In this document: positions 52,321 to 64,000 of the stretch, piece by piece
How positions within the stretch are numbered: the stretch's first letter is position 1
Layout: each line of letters starts with the position of its first letter
Assembly (NCBI RefSeq): GCF_006345805.1
Contig: NC_042998.1
Location: 119,598,001 to 119,662,000, forward strand
Length of the DNA stretch: 64,000 bases
Origin: Octopus sinensis
Taxonomy: Eukaryota
Direction of reading: 5' to 3'
Position numbers and translations under genes: made by a program
The notes under the pieces: generated by a model
The model's database searches: none
What the model was told of the DNA's origin: nothing
Seen by the model: the letters and a program-made list of their open reading frames with translations, nothing else

Positions 52321-53562
52321 CACAGCAAATCTTGTGTATTACACAAAATACTTTTGGACTCTAAGTAGACTTATGACTAAAAGCATTGTAGTCATGACCA
52401 TCCTACCTCAGCCCATTCCCCAAGGCATCCTGTATCTAATACTACTTTAATGTAGTCTTAGATGCTGTATTAAGACAGTAGTCTGGGAAAATTTTAACTA
52501 TTTCTAGAAGGATGCATGTCTGTAGACACTTCCTTGTTGAACTTATTTCATGTTGGAATCAGTGTAATGACAATGTTAAAACTCTGGTTTCAATTTCTAT
52601 AACTTATACTAAGCATTTCCTGGATTCTTTATCTTCATTGCTAGAAACATTAGTGTTGGCTTAATGCCATTATAGTATTTGGTTTCATTCCTCTATGACA
52701 TAAATTTATAGATCTTCACAATATTGTTTCATTATACTAAAAACATGAGATATCTTTTTTGTTCTACAGTTAAGGTAAATAAAGTTTAACATTGAAATAC
52801 ATATCATGTCAAGCAGAATATTATTCAGGTATTTCAAACCTTGCCTAGGTTGCCTCTGTTATTTATTCCTTTGGAGTTCATAGGATAAGTATTTGTCATA
52901 TACTAGGAGCACTTGGTCTGCTATATCATTTTCCTATAAATTTGTTACCTATTCCAATGGGAATTATTTCTTACTTGTTACTATTACACGAGAAGTTTCT
53001 TCTATTTAAGCAGTTGTTTATCATCCAGATCAGTCCTGATTAAAATCTTTCCAGTTCTGACCATCCTGTCTTATTTGTATAATGTAGACATTATTGAATT
53101 TTTTTTTTTTTAATTTGTGTGTATTAAGGTAATAGGGTATAATTTAAGATTGGCTATCATTTTTAGCTGGCCATGTGAACATGTAGAGGTTCACTCATTA
53201 TGAACACCCTAACATTTTCTGAATGAAAGTTAATCAATATCAGAAATTTTACTTTTATTGTAATCTTTTTGTATCAAATGTAGAAACTGCAATAACTGCC
53301 AATCCTTAAATAATGAATGAAACAATGAATTAAACTGCTGTGATTTTAATATTGAGAATATTAAACATTATAAATATCAATTTGAGACAGAAAACATGCT
53401 CCAATGACAGAACTGAAGCCATATATATATATATATATTTCACCTGGAAAAAAAGGAATGACAGTTTCGAATCAGTGTAGTTTATTAGCAATAAGTAGTT
53501 TATGCCCCATCACTGAGCCTACTACATCCGTTGGTGTTACTGTTTAGTATCATTTATATTAA

Positions 53563-53784
53563 CCTTTTAGTATTCAAATTGTTCCATCAAATGTAATGCT
53601 TATTTATTCATATTGTTTTGAATTTATTTTGTATTATCTTGTAGCCTTGAGATTTAGATTATGTGACTTTGTAATTTTTTAGACTAACATTGTAGGCTAG
53701 GTGTTAGAGGTTAGATCTGGTCAATTTGAACATAAAGCGGGAAGAATATTTTTACTGGATATGGTTGGTTTAAATGCTACAGGG
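53563..53784 (+). mobile_element. TTAA MITE family copy
   Basis: TTAA|CCTTTTAGTATTC ... TTTAAATGCTACAGGG|TTAA. Confidence 0.75.
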
Positions 53785-53954
53785 TTAAAATCTTTTTAAT
53801 TATTCTGTCAATCCTTGTCTGTTATGTTTGTATTTTATGTGTATGCCCTTTAAATTTTGAGCAGAAATTATGAAATTGCCTATTATTATCTTAAGAATTG
53901 CTTGATTTTCCTATTTTTGTGTTATGTGAAATAGTTTTGCATATAATTTTACAG

Positions 53955-54096
53955 GTGGCATTGCAATATGGCAGCTGGTGGATAACTATAAGACCTTTGT
54001 ACAAATGTCTGCCTCTGTGGAACATGATAGTATTGTAACTACTGTTAGTGCTTTTGCTGATTCCAAAAAAGTGTTATCTGCTAGTCATGACAAATC
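53955..54096 (+). CDS. WDR77: WDR77/MEP50 internal coding exon (equivalent to exon 3), 142 nt, phase 1 to phase 2
   Basis: Acceptor ttttacAG and donor TC|gtaagt. In frame with the previous exon: GIAIWQLVDNYKTFVQMSASVEHDSIVTTVSAFADSKKVLSASHDKS. WD40 repeat with the MEP50-like EHDxIVxTVS motif. Missed by the ORF track. Confidence 0.93.
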
Positions 54097-54767
54097 GTAA
54101 GTATTATTATTATCACCATCATTGTTTATAATGCGATTTTTAGCAGTGTATTTTGACTTAGTTTGTGTGTAGTGTACCAGAGGGGAAGATGGCTTTGTAG
54201 GCACATTTACAAAGCTTTTTAGTATTGCCAAGCAGCAAATAGTTTAATATCTTATCCGTTCAAAATTCTGCTATTGCCATTCAATCTCTTAAGTTGATCT
54301 AAAAGTTTAGTCTGTATGTTAAGCAACAAATTCCTCAGTTGGTTTATTGCATTGGACTAAAAACTTAAAGATCTGATTTAATAACTTGTAAAAATTTACG
54401 GACTGGATTAGATCCAGTCTAAGGACTTCTAAGATTTTTTTAAAATATATATTATATTGATTAAAAACAAAGTTTTGTTTTGGGATTTTCTGTTTGATTT
54501 TAAAAGTGATAGTGTTATAAAATATTCATTTTAATATATTGTGAAAAGTTGGTGATGGCAATCGTGATGTGTATATTTTTGCTAATACCCACTTTCACAT
54601 AGACATATTTATTTTCTGCATATATGTGTAGAAAGTTTGAATATCTTTTCTTCTTCTGTAAAGTAAATAATAATTTAATGAATTGTCTTTAAGCGTCCTT
54701 CTGAAGAGATCTAAAATAGCAGATATATACAAATGTTAAGGATGGTATAATTAAAAGAAAAATTTAA

Positions 54768-54985
54768 TTCTTTAGCGTTTAAACTGGCCATATCCCGCCC
54801 AGATATTCTACTAGTTTTATGTTCAAACTGACTAGATTCAGCCTCTCACACCTACCCTACAATGTCATTTTTAAAATATACATTCACATCACTGAAATCT
54901 CAAAGCTACAAGATAATGCATGATTAATTTAAAACAAAGTGAATAAATAAGCATTAAATTAGACAGAAGTTTGAATGCTGAAGGG
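54768..54985 (-). mobile_element. TTAA MITE family copy
   Basis: TTAA|TTCTTTAGCGTTTAAAC ... GAATGCTGAAGGG|TTAA; reverse complement of the copy at 53563. Confidence 0.75.
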
Positions 54986-55304
54986 TTAAGGTCAATAAAA
55001 TAAATGCAGAAATAAAGAGAAAAAAATAATGGACAAAGTCCTATAGTGTAGCTGCAGTTTGAATTGCAACACAGATTGCATTAGTTATGTTCATAGGCAG
55101 TTTTGATACATTAGTGAAAGTGAACAAAACTACAATTATATATAAATAAATATCTGATGAGAGTGAACTACACAGCATTTTTCCTATCAATTTGTCAAGT
55201 TTGTGGTGTGCACCTCAGAACAACAGTAAAGTCAAACCAAAGCTTCCCAGTGTAAGCTCTTTCTCCACTGTTATACTATTGAGAAGAAATAAATGTTAAC
55301 AAAC

Positions 55305-55500
55305 TATATTGCGGATCCGTGGAATAAGCTGCCGGACGAGATGGTGAAGATGCCGACGACCGCTCGGTTCAAAGTCTCCCTTGATCACAAGTAGCCTGAA
55401 CTCTTTACATGAACACCACCCTGTACATAACTCCATGTCCCCCTACATGGCCTTGCTTTTTGCTTTTTGAGCCAAAAAATTAACTAACTAACTAACAAAC
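55305..55500 (+). mobile_element. CR1-clade LINE 3' end with (CTAA)n tail and possible TSD
   Basis: IADPWNKLPDEMVKMPTTARFKVSLDHK*; CpG-rich; tail taactaactaactaac. TAACAAAC occurs on both sides (55297-55304 and 55493-55500). Confidence 0.8.
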
Positions 55501-55589
55501 AAACATACGGAACTGCATATTAAATTGAGTTTTCTGAAAATTATTGAAAGATGATTTTAAAAGGAACCAACCCTAATTTTATTATTATT

Positions 55590-55797
55590 AAGGTGACCAA
55601 CTGGCAGAATCATTAGCTCGCTGGTATTTCACCCATTGTTACATTCTGAGCTTAAATTCTGCCAAGGTCGACTTTGCCTTTCATCTCCTCGGAGGTCAAT
55701 AAATTAAGTAACCGTGAAACAATAGGATTGATGTAATCAACTATTCCCACCCACCAAATTTTCTGGCTTTGTGCCTATAGTAGAAAAGATTATTATT
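55590..55797 (+). mobile_element. SINE family 2 copy abutting a WDR77 splice acceptor
   Basis: ctggcagaatcattagc...ggtcgactttgcctttcatc...ggctttgtgcctatagtagaaaagattattatt. Confidence 0.8.
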
Positions 55798-55825
55798 TTT
55801 TCTTTTTTTTTTAAATATATTTCAG

Positions 55826-55875
55826 TGTCAAAATCTGGGACCTTGAAACACTGAATACAACCACAACTTATCGAG
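55826..55875 (+). CDS. WDR77: WDR77/MEP50 internal coding exon (equivalent to exon 4), 50 nt, phase 2 to phase 1
   Basis: Acceptor tttcAG and donor CGAG|gtaggt. Phase matches the previous exon and gives (S)VKIWDLETLNTTTTYR(G), completing the WD dipeptide of the repeat (compare human IKVWDL...SSYR). Confidence 0.9.
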
Positions 55876-57305
55876 GTAGGTTTTTCTTTTTCTTTTTCCT
55901 CTTTTTTTTTTTTTTTTTTTTATTGTTATTGCCTGGCTTTTCTTCCATTGGTGTGGATTGATTTTAATTGTAAGGGATCTACTTGCCAACTTCTTTTGGT
56001 TATTGAGCATTTTGCTCGCACCCCTTGTTCTCTTTTCTTTGTATTTCTCTTAAGTAAAACTTCCCATTCTCAGGAATTATAAAAATAATATTTGAAGCAA
56101 TGCTGATAGTTTACTTTTTTTTATATTTCTTTTGTGGTGGTGACTTCTAGATCATTTCAGAAGAATGAGTTTCAAACTCAGTCCTAGCTGCATATGAAAT
56201 CTTCATACAAGTGGTGTTCAGCTGCTGAACACCACTAATCTAGAGGCACAATTCCTTCACAACTGAACCACAGTGTATGTGCGCACATACATCATGCATG
56301 CATGAGATAGCTTTTTCAATTCGCATATTGTTAATAACCTCTGTTTTTAAAAACAGAAATGTCTTTGCTATTGCTACTTAACTGTAAAGTGGAAGTAGCA
56401 TGTATTATTAACTAAATTAAGGCATTATATGTATAAAACCTTGTCTTAGACCAAATAGCAAAGTTTGAACTCGTGACCATGTGGTGAATAATACATTAAC
56501 TTCACAGACACTCTAAAATAAAAATTTTCACCAGTCATCTTGGTTGAGAGACCCATGTCTTCCTAAGTTAATCAACCACGAGTAAATTTATATAATTTCT
56601 AAAAGGGAACATGCTTTTCTTTAAGGTCCTTAGCAACACAACTTGGCATGATTCACTATAGGAATTGAAAGTATTTATTAAAATAAAATTTTGTCAACAT
56701 ACTTATTTATCATTCAATCTCTACTCATTTACACACACTCTCTCTTTCTCTCTCTCTCTCTCTCTAGAGAGGTCTTTATCACATGTCATCTTGTTTAGAA
56801 AGTGCTTGCCTATTTATTCTTTGGTGTAACTCTGCCATAAGTACCTTCTGTTCCAAGTCAGTGATTACCCATGACCTTTGCAGGGCTTCTCTGACTGTTG
56901 TAATAATGTTCTGCTTGAACTTTCATAAGGTGATACTTGTGTGCAGTAAGTAGAATCTGTGCTCCCCAGGGTGGTCCTTGAAAAGTGCTATTAAAAAAAA
57001 AAAATGCCACCCACTATATTGTTGTTAACTTTTTTGCTGCATTAGTAGTTGATGTTTTGTAGGTTCAGCACCTATCAAAACAGGAGTATATTATTTCTCT
57101 CAAGAGAATGCTTAGTTTTAGGCACTACAATTTTGGCAATCTTATATGTTGTGAAGTATGTACTAAGATTTTACTTTTAGCTGTGTATTTATCCAAGGCA
57201 GGGATGTTTTACTGTAAAACATCCTTTGATATACTTATCCCAATCATTCCTTTCTAGTCACTGCCCATATTTTTCTGCATCACAACTTTCAAATACATTT
57301 TTATA

Positions 57306-57545
57306 TCATCATCATTTAACGTCTGTCTTCCATGCATGCATAGGTAGGATAGTTAACAGGAGTCAGTCAGGTAGAAATCTACCCAAGGCTATTGTGTCTG
57401 TTTTGGCAGGGATTTGACAGCTGGCTGCCCTTCTTAACACCAACCACTCCACAGAGTGGACTCAGTGCTTTTTTATATAACACTAACACAGGCAAAGTTA
57501 ATTTTGGCAAGATTTTTATGGCTGGACGCCCTTCCAAACACCAAT
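57306..57545 (-). mobile_element. RTE 3'-end-derived short repeat
   Basis: tcatcatcatttaacgtc...ctgcccttcttaacaccaaccactcc. Confidence 0.7.
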
Positions 57546-59615
57546 CAGTATATCCTTTTTGTGATCTTGTATCAGTGTTAGAAATCAACACTTATATATA
57601 ATTGAAGCATAAATCATTGACAGATAGTTTGTATAAAAGAATTAGAGGAGTGTTGTGTGTGTAGCACTTGCAGAATTAATTATATAATCTGAGTTGCAGA
57701 ATTTGCATCTTAGGAACAGGCTGTTCTGTTGATAGATACATCCTTACTGGCACACAAATATTTTATATGGGTTACAAAATAACATTGTCAAAAATAATTG
57801 TTGTTTGTATTTGTTTTATTGTTTCATTAATCCTCTTGGGTATACAATTTAACTAATCCATATATTGAGGAAAAACCCAGAGCCACAAACTTACCAGGTT
57901 TGTTTTAGATTTGCATACAGTTGTTCATTATTGTTATTTAAAAGGATTCTGAAATGTATTTAGCCAAAGATATCAGACTTGTTGAAACCTTTCATATTTT
58001 GCAGTACTTTTATGAAATACCCTTCAAATATTTTAGCAACTGTAAGACAAATTTTACATTGTCAAAATACCATTAAGAAATAAAGTTTAGTGCCATTTAT
58101 CTATGATATAGAACCAGTTGTTGAAAAATATTTGAGAGATCACACTGTTATCCATGATGTTAGTCTTCTTTTCATAAAAAGCCACAAATATTAGCTAAGC
58201 TTCTTTCATAGCCTGTGTTTTCAAACTATATATTTAAAATATTTCTATATGCCAGTTCTGTTTATGGAATACATCTGTCTGTATGTATAAATCTATGTAT
58301 GTTAAGAACAAATTGTTATGCAAAATATTAAAAGATAAAAATTAATATTTATAAATAAAATAGGGGCCAATGGTTAGAATAATTACTTGAGTACCAAACA
58401 ATATTCCTTGCAATTAGTTCAATTTTTCTGCATTCTAGTATCAAAGTTAAGTTTGGCTATATTCCTATTGAGGTGGATGAAATAAGTACCAGTTAAGTAA
58501 AGGAGGTTATGAGGAGGGCCTATATCCTTTTCGTGGTCTTGTATCAATGTTAGAAATCAACACTTATATATAACTGAAGCATAAATCATTAAGTGACAGA
58601 CAGTTTGTATAAATGCCTGAAAGCAGTACAGGTTACTATTGAGAAAATATGTGGTGGGTCTGTTATTGGTAATAGAAAAGAGTTAACATGCTCCAAAATA
58701 TGGAAGTATAAGTACAAATGAGCTATTTATGTGTATCATTTTGGAGTGGAAAGTAGTGTTTTGTTATTTATTTAGTATTTTGGAAATGTTGGTATTCTGC
58801 CAGTCTGCTAGGAAACCTTGTGTATTTTACTATTTAGTTCTTATCTCATTTATTACACATTAAGAAAATTCTAGGAGGTTTTGTGTGGGGGAGATATAAC
58901 TACATGACTGTTGAGAACCAGGATGAATGTTGAGATTTTACTGGCATTGGTTCAAATTCCACTGTGATCAACTATGCTTTTTTTGCATCTCCAGGGATCA
59001 ATAAAACACGTGAGTTTCATACTAACTGATTTGGTTGAGAGAAGGTTGGCACCTTTCTTGCAGTGTTTTTTTTTTGTTTTTTTTTAAGAGGAAAAAACTT
59101 ATATTTTGTATATCCATAAGTGTTGTTAAGAAAGGTCCCTAGAAGAAAATTAACAAATGCTGTTGCCAGAAATATGGCATAAGTTAATGCAAAAACCTAG
59201 TGTTTGAAGTTACAACAGTTTTATTAAATAAATATATTACCCTTCTAAAACATCTTCATTCTAACTGAAGAAATCCTTATACATTATTATGAAGAGGAGC
59301 AGCAACTGATATGTTGTGGAGGTCTTGATGCCTCACCTTTTAGCTATGTTTACATTTTAATTTCCTTTGTTTCTTTCATTTCAAATATCTTTTGTTTTTT
59401 TACTCTGATATTTTCTAAATTACAACTTGTTAGTTTTGTGTGTTTAAATCTAGGTCATTCCCCACCCAAACAGACTTATGATCAAAGGCATTCTAGACAA
59501 GACCATCAATTCTTTTTGAATATGATTTAAGGGAGGTTTGGCTACTATTTCTAGCATGTCAATGTACATCCCTGTCAACACTGACCTTTATCTTTAAAAT
59601 ATAAATATGATAGAC

Positions 59616-59663
<48 letters not shown>

Positions 59664-62600
59664 GCTTTCTTCTTTATTCTGTTGGTCATGTGATTTGTAG
59701 TTGGTTCTTTACATTTGATCATATGATGAAGCATGTCAAGTGTTCATTGTGTCTGTCTGTGTGAAGACAGACTAGGGAGTATGTATGTAATCTGTTCTGT
59801 AGCTATGTTACTCTTATTTTTCCAGGTGTCTTTCATTCCATTTTCCCCTCTCTGTTTCTGAACACATACATACACACTCCCATTTTAAATTGATATATAA
59901 CTAAGTTGTTTTAGATGTCTGGCTTAACTAATTTAATAACTAAAATCTCAATTTTTTCTGTAAATTCAATATATTTCATATTTTTTTCTGCCACTTTTCT
60001 ATGGTACTCTATTGAACAGGTCGTGTCACTCTGTTCAGTCCATGTCATCTGACACACACACACACACACACAGATAATAGGCTAACTTGTGTGGACTAGG
60101 TACACTTCATTGTGCTTCTTCAATTCCAGCTTCTTGGTAATAAAAATACATGGTATCCAACATGTTAAGAGCACCATTTCAATATTTGACCAGAGATATA
60201 TTTATGATTGTCCTTCCATTATTAACTTCAAATATGTGACTATTTCCAACTGGCCTCGTATTTCTTACCAGAATGCAATTCTGTTTTAGATATTTTGTCA
60301 TCCCCACCAACACCAATTTAAAAAAATAATACAGAAATTAGTTTTTGTAAAACATCTATAATAAGGGTTCTAAAGCTGTCAAACCCATACCAATTTGATA
60401 AAAGAGGCTGAAGTTCTGTTGAATGATGATAAATGAGATTGTAAAGATATACCAAAATACTACACCTTTTTTAAATAATCCAAGACATCAAAAATGATTT
60501 TGATACAATTTGTGTGTTGATTTATAGCTAAGGGAATTGTTTGTAATGTCCATGTTGATTACCACCTTCCATCTAATTACAATTGTAATTATGTTCTCTA
60601 GTTGCACTTGTTGGTTGAAGAGAGAAGCACAAAGGTTCACCTTAGTCATTATCACTGACTTAGGTGCTTGCTGGTTCAGCTGTTTAGTTAAACACCAGTA
60701 ATGAAGAATTAAATAACAGTATATGACAAGGAAATTGAACAAAAAGAACTAACAGACTATTATTTTCGTATTCTAAACCAATCCTATTGTGTGACCTCAT
60801 AGCACAAGACCAGGTTTACTAAGTTAATTTCATTCAGACATCCTCCTCCTCCTTCACTCTCTTATTATTTACTAAGCATGTTATTTAACTGAATTCTTCA
60901 ACTCCCAAGTGTAGTTTCACTTTATAAATATAAATAAAATTGTCTTTAATCACTCTTTGTCTCTTCTTGCAAATTTAAAATATTTGTATAATTCTGGACG
61001 ACTTGTAAATTGTAGGACCTTCTTCAATGCCCCAAAGAACATTGAAATGGATGGTTTTCAATATGAGTTATCAGTTGAGAGAAAATGGCGGGAGAGATTT
61101 CAGTGGTTGAACTTTATGCTGAAACAGGGATCAGTAGAAGAAAATGTTAATTTAATTGAACTTTTTGATGAATTCTCAGTTTAACAATATCTATTTAACA
61201 AATTCAATGTTGAAATATAAAAATAGCAAAAGTCACTCAGAAATGCCTGAACTGAATCAGTTGAAATGAAAAATATAGTAAAAACATCTCAAAAACTGAT
61301 GTCCTAGCTGAAGTAAACAATATAATAGGGATGGATAGGCTATGATATGAGAAAGATACAATGTGGTGAGCAGAGCTGTTGAAATCACAGATACATTCAA
61401 TTTGGCAATGTTACATGAGCTGTGATATTGAAATTACAGATACACAATGCAGTAGAGATGTGTGGACTGTAATAAATCAATTAATTGACTGTTAAGTTCC
61501 TTGTAATTGTTATTTTGTGATTGTAATCACTTAACAAAAGAACAAAAATTCCTTCCTACACACACAATGTTGGTACTTCAGGATTAACTATATGAAGAGA
61601 ATAGCTGAACATACAATTCCATCCTTTAATTTCCTCTCTCTTAAAAGAAAAAAAAAAAAGAGAAAAAAGGGATATGCTTAAAGGCAAATTGCCCAAAAGA
61701 AAAGCTAGCAAATGCTTTAGATTATGTTATGTGTTCTAAAGAAATTTCAAAATGTAATGAATTTAACTTAGGAAGTACCACCGACTTGTTATATGAATAT
61801 TGATGGCTTATAAGTGTTGGAAGACAGCATCATAGCAGCTAATGCAGCATTATGGGTTTTTGTCATGATCATTGATAGAAATGTCAGTATCTTGCATATT
61901 AAAGAAAAAAATGCTTATTAGGTTTCTGCATCTTAACAATAATCATGATCTTCTCAGCTGTCAGCATGATTTCTGTGTCATAGGAGGATTGTAAGATTGC
62001 ATGCCTGTTTGTAAAAGAGAAAAGATAAGAGATGGGTGGATTGGAAGGAGTAGCTAGTGAGTGACAAAGCCATTTATGCATGCACCCCCACCACCATACA
62101 CACACACATGTATGTGTATGCAGTATCACATGATCAAATGGAAGGAGCAATATCACAATAGGTATATTCCTACCAGACCAGAAAGAAAAAAACATTAGAT
62201 TCCAGCAGTGGAAAGTGGCCATGCTTGGGTTCTTCTTTCAAGGGTTTCAGTTTATCAATCTCAGTAATTATATCAATCTCTATCAAGCTACTGAGTTACA
62301 ACACACAGGAATGCAACATAAACATGTCTTGTTTTAACCAGCATAAACATAAACATGCTACACACAAGACCACATACTTATGACTGACTTCTGCACAGTT
62401 TCTGTCTATCAAATTCCTCTCATAAGTTTTTAATCACACAGCTATGATGTACTGGAGTTCTTACATTGAATTGGAATATCTTCTTTCCTTCTGCAACAAT
62501 TACTGCTCCTGAAAATTAGATGACTGGATTAATTCAAGTGTTTTATTGCTCCACATTACTGTGTGTGTCTGTCTGTTTTTATATATTTAGTCAAAAGAAA

Positions 62601-64000
62601 TGAGGCATATGGTCTCTTACATATCCCCTCTCACTAGTGAGATGGATGTAGTTGTTATTCAGTTTGAATATCTGTGAGTTGGTTATCCTAGGGGAAAATT
62701 GCAGCTATGGGTAGCAAGGATTGGACAAAGTAATTATAGCATTCTGAGTGTGGAGAACGCTACAGTTAGAGATACCCCCAGAGATGTAGATAAATTATGC
62801 AACTGGATAGTTCAAAGGACTGGAGTATTGTGGTAGAAAATAAACAAGAAACTACATAACTATGAGCCAGAGATTAAAGTGCATTTGTGCATCAGTAGCT
62901 TCCAGTAAGTTATGTGAGAAGTAGTACTCCATTGTGAATCACGCTTGGAACTTTTGTAGAGTGTTGGTAACTAATCAGACTGAAATATTTTCTGGTTCTG
63001 AAGAGGAAACTCTTGTGATGCAACTTTAGCTGTGACATAAATAAAGCCCTTTCCATAAAAGATCATCAGAGATTAAGTTGGCATTTGTAATGGCTTTCAA
63101 GGTTTTAGTTGTTCGTTGTTTATGCGTAGGAAAGCTGTAGTACAAGACTTGTGTTGAGATTGTATCTAAGTTAGCTGTTTTACAGAAATGCTAGAGCAGT
63201 GAACAAATACCTTATGATTTTTTGTTCCAGTTGTTTTGAGTTTTAAATTCGAATTTTGTTGGAATCTACTTTGCCTTTCATTCATTCTCATATCAGTAAA
63301 ATAAAGTATTAATCAGGTATCACAGTTTGAATTTTAGGGCTCTGTGTAAAATGCTTTGTAGTGTTTATTCCAGTTCTTTATGTTCTAAGTTCCCATGAGA
63401 ATGTGTCAAACTTGTTTGTACCATAGCCCTACTCATAGAAATGTCTCAGTATGTTGTAGGAATATCTGGTGGAGCTCTAGATTTTCCTGGAACATAGAAA
63501 TGAAATGGCAGAGCAGAAGCATTGCTAGATTGTGGTACTCCTGTAGGAGGATGTTTCATTAACTCATTATTGACCGCAGTGCAGGTCTATTTATCATAAG
63601 ATATCTAGGTTACATGTGAATGATACTGGTATGCAGAAGATCAAGTTAAAGGTTATTACTTGCGTAAGAGAATGCAGTGTTAAAAATAACAGCAAGATGA
63701 CTAATGTGTACAGAAGAAACTGAGAGAAATTAGTAAACCTTGAGCTACACTATAGTTAATTATAGGGATTGAAGAGTGTACTATCTATATACACTACAAG
63801 AGAGAAGTCTGATAGAATACCTTTCAAGCAAGAAATAGAAAAGATGTAATTTCTAGGTTTTCACTGTCAAAAATTTTGGAAAGTGTTAGTTGGCATTTAG
63901 AGAGGTTGAGCTTCTTACAATTAGTGCATACTAATATATTTCAGTAGGTTGTAATAGATTATTGTAGAGATAGTTCTGAATTAGGTCTCCTACTCTGTGG

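Noticed and set aside
60957-61184. 75-aa ORF as a possible further WDR77 exon
   Set aside because: No WD40/MEP50 similarity and no fitting splice sites. The next expected exon (GH...) was not found before the window end.
63420-63900. Possible very old RTE endonuclease fragment
   Set aside because: Only faint motif echoes; too degraded to call by eye.

Overview
AT-rich, repeat-dense eukaryotic (metazoan) DNA with no operons or CRISPR arrays. The SINE/LINE repertoire looks like an octopus/coleoid cephalopod genome (inferred from recognised repeat families). The only host gene I can support is a + strand WDR77/MEP50 (methylosome protein 50) orthologue. Three internal coding exons (41863-42048, 53955-54096, 55826-55875) join in frame through GT-AG introns; exon 1 and the later exons were not found. 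The rest is intronic or intergenic and filled with transposons. The largest is a young, 5'-truncated RTE LINE (about 7.7-11.4 kb) with one frameshift, a PHD finger inside its RT region and a tandemly repeated 3' UTR. Also present are three non-autonomous Helitrons with mixed termini; mariner, maT-like, Tigger and piggyBac relics; TTAA MITEs; CR1 3' ends; tRNA-derived SINEs; and Penelope-like remnants. The most notable structure not explained by the ORF track is a ~560-bp imperfect palindrome (7115-7671). Each arm carries a decayed minimal hammerhead-ribozyme motif with the same non-canonical core. A third hammerhead relic of a different family lies at about 47.4 kb. Nearly all short ORFs in the supplied track are spurious. 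Boundaries of degraded repeats are approximate.
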